Part shown: in pieces, positions 17,384-27,127 of the stretch
How the letters are laid out: each line of letters begins with the position of its first letter
How positions within the stretch are numbered: the stretch's first letter is position 1
Origin: Patescibacteria group bacterium
GTDB taxonomy: Bacteria > Patescibacteriota > Minisyncoccia > UBA6257 > 2-01-FULL-56-20
Assembly: GCA_018971305.1 (NCBI GenBank)
Contig: JAGXBC010000005.1
Span: forward strand, 1-48,209
Direction: 5' to 3'
Length of the DNA stretch: 48,209 nt
Notes under the pieces: model-generated
Database searches by the model: none
The model's input: the letters and a program-made list of their open reading frames with translations, nothing else
Told to the model about the DNA's origin: nothing
Made by a program: the position numbers and the translations under genes

Positions 17384-17818
17384 ATGCAGAGTAAGCAATT
17401 GTCGCTGGGAAATAATGGCAAACCTGTCGTGGGAAGGATTGTGCTGAACAACGAAAGAGAAGAGCAGATTCTCGCGGGCTTGAACGATATTTTCGGCGAG
17501 AGTGAACGCTTTAAAGAAATGACACGGGCCCTCGTAGAAGGTTATATCAAAAGCCATATTCCTGGATTCGCCGGCAATGTGGTTATTGATGGCAATTTGT
17601 ATGGCGTGATGTCAATCGGATCGAATTATGATCGTCTTCCGAAAGAAAAAAATCTGGGACGGCGCGTACTTTCTTTGGGTACTGCTGTTTTATCAGAAAA
17701 ACTATTCACGTCATCAAGACATCTTGATGACAAGCGTTACCAAAAATTCAACTTAGCCATTGATTTACTGATCCAGGCATTCAAAAAGATGGGCTGGACA
17801 GTGAAACGAAGTTTTTAA
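17384..17818 (+). CDS. Hypothetical protein
   Basis: The ATG is preceded by GGAGG (17373-17377) at a 6-nt spacing. The ORF is 144 aa and I recognise no family. Confidence 0.6.
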   Translation: MQSKQLSLGNNGKPVVGRIVLNNEREEQILAGLNDIFGESERFKEMTRALVEGYIKSHIPGFAGNVVIDGNLYGVMSIGSNYDRLPKEKNLGRRVLSLGTAVLSEKLFTSSRHLDDKRYQKFNLAIDLLIQAFKKMGWTVKRSF

Positions 17819-17830
17819 ACGCTAAAACCG

Positions 17831-17858
17831 CCTCGCAGTAATAACTGCGAGGATTTTT
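17831..17858. terminator. Bidirectional rho-independent terminator
   Basis: The hairpin CCTCGCAG-TAATAA-CTGCGAGG is followed by ATTTTT and preceded by AAAA. It lies between convergent genes. Confidence 0.75.
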
Positions 17859-20232
17859 ATCCCCTCAATCTCTTATAAATGTCATCTTCTATCGTCTGCC
17901 GGTCCATACCGTATTTTACTCGCGAATACTGTTTCAATTTTTCGGCTACTTCGCGATTACCCGCGTTGCGGGAGGTTCCCAGCACTTTTATATTAAACGG
18001 CTTAGAAGTTTCACCGTTAATAAGAATTTTTGCGTAAGCGTTGAAGTTGTCTATGTTTAAAAGGTCGTTCTGGCTGAAAACCGGCTCAAATTGCTTGACC
18101 AAAAACTCCGCATCTTGAGCGCCGACACGCATAACAAGCTGAGAACCAACGTTACCAAAAACGGAATCACGAATTTTTTCCGTGAGCTGGCTGATGAACT
18201 GATGAGCCATCGTAAGGTTTAGCTTGTATTTTCTGGCTTCGGATAAGATGGTGGAAATGCTGTCGGTGGTGAAGTTCTGGAACTCATCAACGTAAAGGAA
18301 GAAGTCACGGCGTTGCGCGAGGTCCGGCGTATCCACACGCGAGAGCGCGGCCATCAAAAGCTTGCCCGTAAATATCATTCCGAGCAAACTGGCATTAATG
18401 TCTCCTATTCTGCCCTTGGAAAGATTGATAAGCAGGATTTTCCCTTCGTCCATCACTTTTCTGAAATTGAACGCCGATTTCGGTTGGCCGATTATCGGGC
18501 GCATATAGTCGTTGGCGATAAAATTATTGAACTTGGAAGTGATATAGGGGGTCATATTGGCAAGCGATGCTTCGCCTCCGGCCTTCACGGCTTCTTTTTC
18601 CCAAAAATCCACTACAACAGGATTCTGAATCCTTTCCAGCTTGCGAAGACGATATTCCGTGTCAGTGAAAACTCGCGGAACTTCAATAAGTGTTGCGGGC
18701 TCATTCGGCATATCCTCCATCAGCAAAAGCAAAGCATTGCGCATATATTGCTCGAACATCGGCCCCATGGTTTCTGCTGTAAAAAGTTTGTTAAAGATAC
18801 TCTGCATTTCATTGACGATGAACGTCTTTTCTTCGGGTCTGTCGTAATTGTAATCAAGCATGTTAAGACCGAGGGGGCGCGCCAAATCACCCGGATCAAA
18901 ATAAATCAAATCATCAATTCTTTCTTTAGGGATGAAACTCAGAGCGTTTTCCACAAGGTCGCCGTGCGGGTCAATTACTGCCATGCCTTTCCCCTGTTGT
19001 ATATCCTGAACGAACATATCGGCGAGGAGTGTGGATTTACCGGTTCCAGTTTGGCCTACAACATAAACATGCCTGCGCCTATCGTCGTCAGCGATGTAAA
19101 CCGGCTTATATTGCCCACGGAACGAACTTTGGCCCACAAGCACGCCGGAGTTCGGCAGATTATTGGGCGGCGGAGCTTCTTTGGATTTTAGCCATTTTAT
19201 TTTTGGCGTTTCCATTAAAGCCGTCGGGAAATGCATAAAACTGGATATTTCCTCGCTTGATAGAACCATCGTCTGGTTCTGATCGAACGAACGGAAAACA
19301 AATTGGCGTATCAACTTATTGGGATTTCTTGCTTTTATAATTTTGAATTCGTTCCTTCTTGGACTGGTAAATTGACTAAAACCGGCAGCTAAACCATCTA
19401 AGATATCGTCGGACTGGAATTGGGATCCGGCAGAAGCCAAAAGCCGCACATTAACCTGGAATAACGGCTTGGAGATTTTCGCTTCCAATGCCTTAACGGC
19501 GTCTTCATCTATAACTTTTTCTTTTTTTTCTTCCTCTTCCTTTTTGGGATTCAATACGTGGCCAAGTTCGGAAAAACTTAGCGGTGATCCGTGGCTAAAA
19601 ATCTTCTGCAACGGTTCGCCTTTTTTCAGATAAGTTATGAAACCATGGACCCTCTTTTTAGTGTCTACCGGGGCCGGACGAACTATGACCTGCATCGCCG
19701 CGCCCTCACCTATTTCGTTAACTTTAGTAAAAGCTCCGACTATAGAAGAAAACGAATCGAGTCCCAACTCCATATAAGTTTTTACGGGAAGAGCGTAGTT
19801 CTCTTTTTCCTTGATATAAGCCGCGGAGGTGGCGCCGTTGGGGTTAAAGATATTAAAATCATCGGCGGTTAATTCAACGCTCGCTCCGCTCCAAAGACCT
19901 TGAATTTGTTTGATTGCGATTTCACTCAAGCGCTTAGGAACGGCAATATAAAAATGTATCTCTTCGCCGATATGCGGTACGGCTATTTCAAGAACCACGG
20001 GTTTTTTTAGAGACGTAAGGCTGGCCAAAAGTTCTTCGAAACGATTTATCTCCACCTTGAAATCTTTCTCGGATGATTTTTCCGGAGATGTCTCGCGGGG
20101 AATTTTTACCAAAAACAGAGCGAGGCCGAATGATTCAAAAAGTTTACGGCGAACAAAATAGCGGACAATAAAATAAATCCCCAATCCGAGAACGGCACCC
20201 ACGATTATGGAGATAATTATGTAAATCGTCAT
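17857..20232 (-). CDS. Membrane-anchored P-loop ATPase, TraD/VirD4 (type IV coupling protein)-like
   Basis: It has an N-terminal TM helix, Walker A GQTGTGKST, IDPHGDL, Walker B YVDEFQNF and AHQFISQL. The family assignment comes from the motif pattern only. Confidence 0.75.
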   Translation of the reverse strand: MTIYIIISIIVGAVLGLGIYFIVRYFVRRKLFESFGLALFLVKIPRETSPEKSSEKDFKVEINRFEELLASLTSLKKPVVLEIAVPHIGEEIHFYIAVPKRLSEIAIKQIQGLWSGASVELTADDFNIFNPNGATSAAYIKEKENYALPVKTYMELGLDSFSSIVGAFTKVNEIGEGAAMQVIVRPAPVDTKKRVHGFITYLKKGEPLQKIFSHGSPLSFSELGHVLNPKKEEEEKKEKVIDEDAVKALEAKISKPLFQVNVRLLASAGSQFQSDDILDGLAAGFSQFTSPRRNEFKIIKARNPNKLIRQFVFRSFDQNQTMVLSSEEISSFMHFPTALMETPKIKWLKSKEAPPPNNLPNSGVLVGQSSFRGQYKPVYIADDDRRRHVYVVGQTGTGKSTLLADMFVQDIQQGKGMAVIDPHGDLVENALSFIPKERIDDLIYFDPGDLARPLGLNMLDYNYDRPEEKTFIVNEMQSIFNKLFTAETMGPMFEQYMRNALLLLMEDMPNEPATLIEVPRVFTDTEYRLRKLERIQNPVVVDFWEKEAVKAGGEASLANMTPYITSKFNNFIANDYMRPIIGQPKSAFNFRKVMDEGKILLINLSKGRIGDINASLLGMIFTGKLLMAALSRVDTPDLAQRRDFFLYVDEFQNFTTDSISTILSEARKYKLNLTMAHQFISQLTEKIRDSVFGNVGSQLVMRVGAQDAEFLVKQFEPVFSQNDLLNIDNFNAYAKILINGETSKPFNIKVLGTSRNAGNREVAEKLKQYSRVKYGMDRQTIEDDIYKRLRG

Positions 20233-20254
20233 TTATTAAGATTTGCTATCGATT

Positions 20255-20662
20255 TTATTTCAATATTCCTCTTTTTTGCAATTCGGGATAAAGTTTCCCC
20301 GCCAAAGAATCATGAAAGGCGTCCAGGACGAACGCCGGAGATTTTTTGGCTTCGGTCATCGCCTTCGCTATGCCATGATGGAAAGCTATGTCCAGCAAAT
20401 ATTCTATTTCCAACTTGATTTCTGCTGGCGCGGTTTGAGCATATGCAGGGAGCGGGCTGGTAGCCGCCTGCTGGGGGGATTTCGGCAAGGGCATGGGAAC
20501 GGCGGGAACAGGCATCGCCTTAATGGCCTCTTTCAATAGGTCTTTTTCGCCCAAAGACTTACTTTCCGGGGTCTCACGCTGCTTACGAATCTCCTGAGCC
20601 AGAACTTTCAAATCTGCTTCCAGGGCTTCATGTTCAAATGAGGGGATTATTTGATCCGGCAT
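20255..20662 (-). CDS. Hypothetical protein, co-oriented immediately upstream of the ATPase
   Basis: The ORF is 135 aa with a Pro/Ala-rich centre. It lies 22 nt upstream of the ATPase start. Confidence 0.6.
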   Translation of the reverse strand: MPDQIIPSFEHEALEADLKVLAQEIRKQRETPESKSLGEKDLLKEAIKAMPVPAVPMPLPKSPQQAATSPLPAYAQTAPAEIKLEIEYLLDIAFHHGIAKAMTEAKKSPAFVLDAFHDSLAGKLYPELQKRGILK

Positions 20663-20666
20663 TGAT

Positions 20667-20695
20667 TTGAGAAATTGTAATTTAAAATTTAGAAT
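20667..20695 (+). promoter_or_regulatory. Candidate promoter (TTGAGA-17 nt-TAGAAT), leaderless configuration
   Basis: The -10 element ends 5 nt before the ATG at 20701 and there is no SD. Confidence 0.4.
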
Positions 20696-20700
20696 TAGAT

Positions 20701-22182
20701 ATGCTCAAAAATAAAACTCTCCTGCTACTATTCGGTATTTTAATTATAGCAACCTTCCTGCGCCTATACCACTTTACAACAACTCCACCCGGACTTTATC
20801 CGGACGAAGCGATAGACGGCAACGATGCCGCCATGGTAGCGAACACGGGCCAGTTCCAGGTTTTTTATACGGCAGATAACGGCCGCGAAGGTCTTTTTGT
20901 TAATATCGTCGCCATACTTTTAAAATTTACCGGCATCCATGAACCATGGATCATAAGACTTCCCTCGGCAATAGCAGGGATTTTGACGGTCCTAGGGCTG
21001 TATTTTTTGATAGCAAAACTTTTTGGAACGGAAATTGGCCTTCTCGCCGCATTTTTTCTGGCAACGAGTTTTTGGCATATTAATTTCTCCCGAATCGGTT
21101 TCCGGGCAATTCTCGCTCCCCTTTGCCTCGTTTGGTCTTCTTATTTCTTTCTGAAATCGCTAGAAGTTGAAAAACGCTTTCGCAAACTCGGCCTTTGGGC
21201 TATTTACTCACTGGCGGCCGGAGTAATTTATGCGGCAGGATTTTATACCTACATCGCCTACAGAATCACGCCGCTTCTTTTTCTGCTCTTCGTTCCTTTT
21301 TTCAAAAAATACCCCGGCTTTTGGAAGCGAGCTTCTATATTTATTGCAATTACCTTTATCTTCTGTCTGCCAATAGGATATTACTTTCTGATTCATCCGG
21401 CGGATTTCTTCGGACGCACTTCGCAGATATCAGTTTCCAATTCACCATCCCCCATAAAAGACTTGGGAATAAATGTCTTAAAGACGGCCTTGATGTTTAA
21501 TTTCCGGGGGGATTCCAATTGGCGTCATAACATAAGCGGAGCCCCCGAACTTTTTTGGCCGATAGGCATACTGTTTATTTTAGGAATTTTTTTGGGCGCG
21601 TCATTCCTTTTAAAAAAGCGACGGAGTCATAAAGTTTCCCCGGAAACGACGATTCTCTATTTCTCCTGGCTTTTTACTTTTTTATGGTTTCTCCTCGCCT
21701 GGCTCCCGGTAGTCGTTTCGGATGAGGGCATACCCCATGCCCTGCGTTCAATATTACTTCTGCCTCCGGCAATGACTTTCGCAGCCATAGGAGGAATTAA
21801 ATTGCATGAATTTATAGCGAAGATCCAATTTAAGAAAACATTAAAAATAGCTGTCTGTTTTTTCCTGGCAGCCATAGCCGTCTCAGCCTATATGCAATAC
21901 TTCGTAGTTTGGGCAGATAACCCCAACGTTGCCGGGGCCTTTAATAATGACTATGTTCAGATAGGGCGCAAGATAAATGCATTGCCCACAAGCACCCCTA
22001 AATACGTCGTAGTTGAGGCCAATGGAGTTTTGGTCAACGGAATACCAATGCCGGCGCAAACCGTAATGTTTATAACGGATACTTATTCTTCGGAAAACCA
22101 GAACTTAAAAAATATTAAGTATATCCTACCTAACGAAGAAACCTCGATCCCCGCCGGAGCTTCGGTATTTTATATAAAATAA
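20701..22182 (+). CDS. GT-C fold glycosyltransferase (ArnT / PMT_2, family 39-like)
   Basis: The protein is polytopic with an early LYPDEAIDGNDA loop motif of the kind seen in ArnT-like enzymes. Confidence 0.8.
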   Translation: MLKNKTLLLLFGILIIATFLRLYHFTTTPPGLYPDEAIDGNDAAMVANTGQFQVFYTADNGREGLFVNIVAILLKFTGIHEPWIIRLPSAIAGILTVLGLYFLIAKLFGTEIGLLAAFFLATSFWHINFSRIGFRAILAPLCLVWSSYFFLKSLEVEKRFRKLGLWAIYSLAAGVIYAAGFYTYIAYRITPLLFLLFVPFFKKYPGFWKRASIFIAITFIFCLPIGYYFLIHPADFFGRTSQISVSNSPSPIKDLGINVLKTALMFNFRGDSNWRHNISGAPELFWPIGILFILGIFLGASFLLKKRRSHKVSPETTILYFSWLFTFLWFLLAWLPVVVSDEGIPHALRSILLLPPAMTFAAIGGIKLHEFIAKIQFKKTLKIAVCFFLAAIAVSAYMQYFVVWADNPNVAGAFNNDYVQIGRKINALPTSTPKYVVVEANGVLVNGIPMPAQTVMFITDTYSSENQNLKNIKYILPNEETSIPAGASVFYIK

Positions 22183-22233
22183 AACCACGATGCAGAAATC
22201 GCGGTTTTATTTCTTATTCGTTTTTTATAGTTG

Positions 22234-22761
22234 TTAAAAATCAAATTCTTTTGTCTGCCTTTGCTTCTCTCGCTCATTAATCAATTCTTCTTCGGTCGCT
22301 ACGGACTTATGGATAATATCGATAATTTTTTGGCCCTCCTCAAATCCGGGAATATGAAAACCATTTTGTTCCAGCTCTCTTTGAAGCTCATGGCCGACAT
22401 TTCGAGACGCATACTGCTTAAGCGTAGCAATATTAGATGAATATATATCTACGCGTGCAATATTCCCATCACTATCAATATATAGCATTCTGGTTGCCCC
22501 CTCTCCAAGGTTCTTACTAAAGAAATATAGACCGTGTGGTAAGGATTTAACTTCCGGGCCCAAGTGATTAGCAGGTACCGCGATTTCCTTATGCATGCGA
22601 ATATAACTCGCTACGTTTTCGGCTCGGCCTTCAGATTCAAGGCGTTCTTCAAGTTGCGGCATGTCCTCCTTTTTACCGATTAAGACGGCGGCATTATCCT
22701 CAAAACCCTCTGAGTTTATATCTTTTTTTACATATTCCGGAACTTTGAATTCTTCTGGCAT
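22234..22761 (-). CDS. Hypothetical protein
   Basis: The ORF is 175 aa, acidic, and I recognise no family. Confidence 0.6.
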   Translation of the reverse strand: MPEEFKVPEYVKKDINSEGFEDNAAVLIGKKEDMPQLEERLESEGRAENVASYIRMHKEIAVPANHLGPEVKSLPHGLYFFSKNLGEGATRMLYIDSDGNIARVDIYSSNIATLKQYASRNVGHELQRELEQNGFHIPGFEEGQKIIDIIHKSVATEEELINEREKQRQTKEFDF

Positions 22762-22807
22762 GTTTTATTTGTTATATTTTTCTACCTTCAAATATTCCTT
22801 AGAAAAA

Positions 22808-23119
22808 CTAAATTTTATTTATTTCCACCTCACTAAACGCCTGCCTGTGCCCCTTCTTTTTCTTAAAACGAGTTTTGGAATGATATTTGAAAACTATCTT
22901 CTTGCGATCGCGAGCCTGGCGCAGAACTTTGGCTTCCGCCTTCGCTCCCGAAATATACGGCGTACCGATCCTAACCGATTCGCCGTCAACAGCAAGCAAC
23001 ACCTTATCAAAAGTAAAATTATCACCTTCTTTGGCGTTCAGCTTCTCTACTTTAATTTTTTTCTCGGAAGAAACGATGTATTGTTTTCCGCCGGTTTCTA
23101 TAACTATAAAATTGCTCAT
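22808..23119 (-). CDS. rplU: 50S ribosomal protein L21
   Basis: FIVIETGGKQYIV...FKYHSKTRFKKKKGHRQ is a typical L21 sequence. Confidence 0.92.
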   Translation of the reverse strand: MSNFIVIETGGKQYIVSSEKKIKVEKLNAKEGDNFTFDKVLLAVDGESVRIGTPYISGAKAEAKVLRQARDRKKIVFKYHSKTRFKKKKGHRQAFSEVEINKI

Positions 23120-23154
23120 TTAATTTATAAGTTTTTATTTAACGTCCCTAATGT

Positions 23155-23496
23155 TCAATTAACTGATATAATAGCGGCAAAGTAAATAAAAATCAAGATG
23201 CCGAAAAGCAGAGTGGCCGAAGCCAGTAATTTGCCCCAAAAACCATCCCGTTCTTCAAGTTCCAGGGAGATAAACGAATTGACAAGGACAACGACAGTCC
23301 CCGTAATACCTACATACAATAATTCGGAAATGCCGCCGATCTGGTTTATCCCGGCCAAGTTATTGAAATGAACTACTATGGGCCAACCGACTTGGCGCAG
23401 TGAAATGTAAGCCCAAAAGAAGCCGCTAAGAACCAGAACGAGGCCTGCCGCGCACACCAAACTAACCGCTCTAAATTTTAAAAATTTTTTTATCAT
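23155..23496 (-). CDS. Hypothetical membrane protein
   Basis: It has three or four hydrophobic helices. I set the start at the internal ATG (MIKKFLKF) to avoid overlap with the galT 3' end. Confidence 0.55.
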   Translation of the reverse strand: MIKKFLKFRAVSLVCAAGLVLVLSGFFWAYISLRQVGWPIVVHFNNLAGINQIGGISELLYVGITGTVVVLVNSFISLELEERDGFWGKLLASATLLFGILIFIYFAAIISVN

Positions 23497-23506
23497 AAGA
23501 AGGTTC

Positions 23507-24496
23507 TTATTTGCCGCGCAAGATCCTTGCCGCCGTACTAGGCTCAACAACGTTAATATCAACGCCTGTACTCAATTCAAATCCCCCAAGAACCGATATT
23601 TTAGGAACGATTTCCACGTGCCAATGATAATATTTATAGCTCCGTTTGTGTTTCAGAGGCGCTGTATGAATAAAGAAATTAAGGTCGGGGTCGTCAAGAT
23701 ATTTGGCAATTTTTTTCATTCCCGACTGCAGCATTTCCGCTACGGCACGCAATTCGGAAAAAGGGGCATGCTCAAAATGAGACGAGTGTCTTTTGGGAAA
23801 AACTCTAAGCTCGTATGCTTCGCGGGAAAAGAACGGGGCGAAAAGAAGAGCGGCTTTATTTTGGTCTACAACCCTTTTCTTCTCAGACAGCTCTGCTTTA
23901 ATGGAAACACAATGAGCGCAAGCGTGGTGTTTCTTAAAATAATTTCCAAGTCCTACCAGAGAGTGTTTAAAATCAGATGGTAAAATGGGGAGGGTTATTA
24001 CCTGATAGTGAGGGTGATATAGCGAGGCGCCGGCAGTCGGACCCCAATTAAAAAAAGCCGAGGTGTAAACGAGGCATTTATCTCGGGCCAGCATATTGTA
24101 TCTCTTTTGCAGCATCTGAAAAACCATAGTGGCTTCCTCAAGGGAAAGCTCGGAAAAGTTTTTGTTGTGATTACTGGTAATTAAGAGATCGTGCACGCCT
24201 GTGCCGCTTTTTATGGGGTAAGGCCCTTCATGGTAATTTGAAGCGCAAAGTTTGCCTTTATGAATAAGAGCTGGATATTTGTTGGGCAGCAAAACCATCC
24301 GCCATTTTTTCTCATCGGGCCAGCTGAAAACAGGCGGCCAATTGCCGCTTTTCTCCAGGTCCTCAAACGGGCAGATATTTTTGGGCGAGGGTTTGCGCTT
24401 GGTAACCCTGCTTGCAATATTGTGCGGCCTGCCAGCCCGTTCCGGTGCCATAATAATCCAATCGCCGGAGACCAAATCTTGTCGTAATTCTGACAT
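23507..24496 (-). CDS. galT: Galactose-1-phosphate uridylyltransferase (HIT superfamily)
   Basis: The HPHYQV (HxHxQ) active site is present and the GalT-like N-terminus reads DLVSGDWIIMAPERAGRP. Confidence 0.85.
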   Translation of the reverse strand: MSELRQDLVSGDWIIMAPERAGRPHNIASRVTKRKPSPKNICPFEDLEKSGNWPPVFSWPDEKKWRMVLLPNKYPALIHKGKLCASNYHEGPYPIKSGTGVHDLLITSNHNKNFSELSLEEATMVFQMLQKRYNMLARDKCLVYTSAFFNWGPTAGASLYHPHYQVITLPILPSDFKHSLVGLGNYFKKHHACAHCVSIKAELSEKKRVVDQNKAALLFAPFFSREAYELRVFPKRHSSHFEHAPFSELRAVAEMLQSGMKKIAKYLDDPDLNFFIHTAPLKHKRSYKYYHWHVEIVPKISVLGGFELSTGVDINVVEPSTAARILRGK

Positions 24497-24501
24497 AATT
24501 A

Positions 24502-24723
24502 TTATCCTATATATTTAAATCTTGTAACCTTTTTTCCGCCAAAATCTACCGAATCGGTAAACATTCTTAAGGGGCGGACCCATAGTTCTTTTTCGCCATA
24601 TAATGCTTGATATAATACCAGACTTTCTAAAGACTCACTGTGTCTTACGACTCCCAGAACCTTATACTTGTTTCCTTTAAAATGCTCGTATATTCCAAGT
24701 TTTATAATTGGCGTACCCATCAT
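24502..24723 (-). CDS. DUF1653-like small protein
   Basis: YEHFKGNKYKVLGVVRHSESLE..LVLYQALYG follows the DUF1653 pattern. Confidence 0.7.
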   Translation of the reverse strand: MMGTPIIKLGIYEHFKGNKYKVLGVVRHSESLESLVLYQALYGEKELWVRPLRMFTDSVDFGGKKVTRFKYIG

Positions 24724-24730
24724 AAGATAT

Positions 24731-26644
24731 CTATTTCTTAATTCTATTCAAATAATACCAATTAAGCACGTCCTTCGCTATCGGTACGGCGTTCAAACTT
24801 CCCTCTTTGGAATTTTCGATAAGGATCAAAATTGCTATCTGCGGATTTGCTGTCGGAGTATAGCCGACAAAGAAAGCGTTTTCTTGGGCGTTGTTCTGCA
24901 CCTGAGCACTGCCGGTTTTTGCCGCTACGGGAAAACCAAGGTCGTGCAGGGAATAAGCCGTACCGAGCGGCGCCGTTACCGCTTGGATCATTCCTTTCTG
25001 CGCTTCTTTTATCTCCGGCAACAGGTCGGTCAAATCCGCGAGAACCTGGGGGTGCGGAGCGTTCATATTCACTACCGGCTTATAAATGGTCCCACCGTTA
25101 GCTATGGCGCTTATATAATCCAAAAGCTGAAGCGGCGTAAGAAGCAGGTCTCCCTGGCCGATTGAAACGTTATATGTATCTCCTAAAAGCCACGGCGTTC
25201 CGGTCTTTTGCTCTTTCCAAGAAGCGGATGGCAGAAAACCGGCAGCTTCGCCTGTCAGATCTATACCGGTCTTTTCTCCTAAATGAAATCTGCGCCACCA
25301 ATCGGATAAAGTACTGATTCCCAATCCATCAATATGCCCTGTGTTCTGCGTACTGCCGCTAGCCAGCAAAATTTGCGTATTAGCTCCCCCGCCAACAGTG
25401 TAGAAATAAACGTTGGATGATTGCGCGAGCGCAGCCGCCAAATTAACGTTCCCTTGGTAACGCCAATCCAAATATCTCGTTGGGGTTTGCGGATTGTAAG
25501 GATTAGGAACATCCAAATATCCGGGAGAAAATATCTGCCGCTGCGGGTCAATAATGCCTTCTTTAAGCGCCGCAACGCCCACGAGCGGTTTAATTGTTGA
25601 ACCAGGGTTGTAAAAACCGGAAACTATGCGATTAAAAAGCGGTTTGTCAGAAGAATTGAGTATTGCAAGTTTTGCGGAATTATTTCCGGACCCGCTTAAA
25701 ATATTATTATCAAAAGAAGGGAAATTCACGAGAGCCAGAACTTCTCCGTTCTGAGGGTCTATTGCCAAGCCCGCGCCTTTGGTTCTGCCCAAAGAAGCCA
25801 ACCCGCTTTGCATGCGTGCGTAAAAATATTTCTGTAATTCGCCGTCAATGGTTAGACTAAGCGTCTCCCCTATTTGCGGATCATTTTTCTTCTCCTCGCT
25901 CAAAACCTGGCCCGAGGCGTTTTTGGCCGTGACCATGATTCCGGGAGTCCCACTAAGCTCGCTGTCGTAAAAAGATTCCACCCCGGCCTTACCAACAAAA
26001 TCTTCCGCGCTTAAATCGGGATTATTTTTAAGATTCGCCGGACTGGCCCGGCCGATATATCCGACCACAGAGGAAAAGATCGGGCCGTTGATATACCTCC
26101 TTTCAAAATCATTCTGGATCGATATCGCGGGAGAATTCAGGGCACGAAGCTGAATAAGTTGATTTTGTGTCAGATTATCAGAAAGAGCTATGCCGGTATA
26201 ATTTCCGGTAGCGCCATTTTTATCTATAGAACCAAGGATGTCGTTAGGTGAAATATAAAGTATGTTCTCTATGTCACGAAGGATATCTTCGCGCGAAACA
26301 TCATTCTGCAGAAATGTCTTAATATTCAAAATCGCGCTAAAAACAGGCTCATTCTTGGCAAGAACATCACCCTCGCGATCAACAATTAAACCTCGTGGGG
26401 CGGGAGTCCTTTGCTCATCGTTCACATTAGCCTCAGCTCTCGCGGAATAAAATTTACCATTGCCGAAATTCAAATAAAATATTGTTATCGCGAGCAGTAA
26501 TCCGGCAATAATTATAACGGCGCCCAAGTAAACCAAAGGTTTGTTGCCTATGGAGATCTCAACAATGCCAAGGTCATTTTCCCAATCGTCGCCAAGGGAA
26601 TCTTCAAAAGCCAAATCTTTATTTTTATCGGACTTAAATAGCAT
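24731..26644 (-). CDS. mrdA: Penicillin-binding protein 2 (elongasome transpeptidase)
   Basis: It has an N-terminal TM helix and the STIKP (SxxK) and KTGSA (KTG) motifs. It lies in synteny with mreBCD. Confidence 0.9.
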   Translation of the reverse strand: MLFKSDKNKDLAFEDSLGDDWENDLGIVEISIGNKPLVYLGAVIIIAGLLLAITIFYLNFGNGKFYSARAEANVNDEQRTPAPRGLIVDREGDVLAKNEPVFSAILNIKTFLQNDVSREDILRDIENILYISPNDILGSIDKNGATGNYTGIALSDNLTQNQLIQLRALNSPAISIQNDFERRYINGPIFSSVVGYIGRASPANLKNNPDLSAEDFVGKAGVESFYDSELSGTPGIMVTAKNASGQVLSEEKKNDPQIGETLSLTIDGELQKYFYARMQSGLASLGRTKGAGLAIDPQNGEVLALVNFPSFDNNILSGSGNNSAKLAILNSSDKPLFNRIVSGFYNPGSTIKPLVGVAALKEGIIDPQRQIFSPGYLDVPNPYNPQTPTRYLDWRYQGNVNLAAALAQSSNVYFYTVGGGANTQILLASGSTQNTGHIDGLGISTLSDWWRRFHLGEKTGIDLTGEAAGFLPSASWKEQKTGTPWLLGDTYNVSIGQGDLLLTPLQLLDYISAIANGGTIYKPVVNMNAPHPQVLADLTDLLPEIKEAQKGMIQAVTAPLGTAYSLHDLGFPVAAKTGSAQVQNNAQENAFFVGYTPTANPQIAILILIENSKEGSLNAVPIAKDVLNWYYLNRIKK

Positions 26645-26664
26645 AAAAATGTCTACTCAATAAA

Positions 26665-27111
26665 TTAGATGGACGTAAAGCTATCTTTGTTTAAAACAGC
26701 AAATTCCGAAAATCCAAAGATCAATCCGATAATTACGTCTCTCGCAAAAATAATCGGTGCAGATAAAAGCAACTCCCTTTCGAAAATAAGGTATAAAACT
26801 AATATTCCCAAAAATATCGCCACCGGCACAATAACCCATGATTTCCAGCGGATCAGGCGTTTGCTCCAAAAAACTCCCAAAGGAAAAATTCCGAGAATAA
26901 ATATATCCCAGCTGAAAGCCGGCTGCCAGTTCAAAAAAAACAGAACTGCCAAAGTTAAAAATATAATCTCCAAAAAATCAATGAAAAGCGCGGGGACAAC
27001 GAGCGCGGCCACCAGTAAACCGCCACCGATGCCAAGAAACTGATTCAAGCGAGCTTCCAAAATAACGGCGATGACTGCGAACAATGCGGATAATAAAAAT
27101 CTCTGTCTCAT
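26665..27111 (-). CDS. mreD: MreD-like membrane protein (assigned mainly by position)
   Basis: The protein is 148 aa and polytopic. It sits between mreC and mrdA. Confidence 0.55.
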   Translation of the reverse strand: MRQRFLLSALFAVIAVILEARLNQFLGIGGGLLVAALVVPALFIDFLEIIFLTLAVLFFLNWQPAFSWDIFILGIFPLGVFWSKRLIRWKSWVIVPVAIFLGILVLYLIFERELLLSAPIIFARDVIIGLIFGFSEFAVLNKDSFTSI

Positions 27112-27127
27112 TGCGTTTCGGTCCAGC

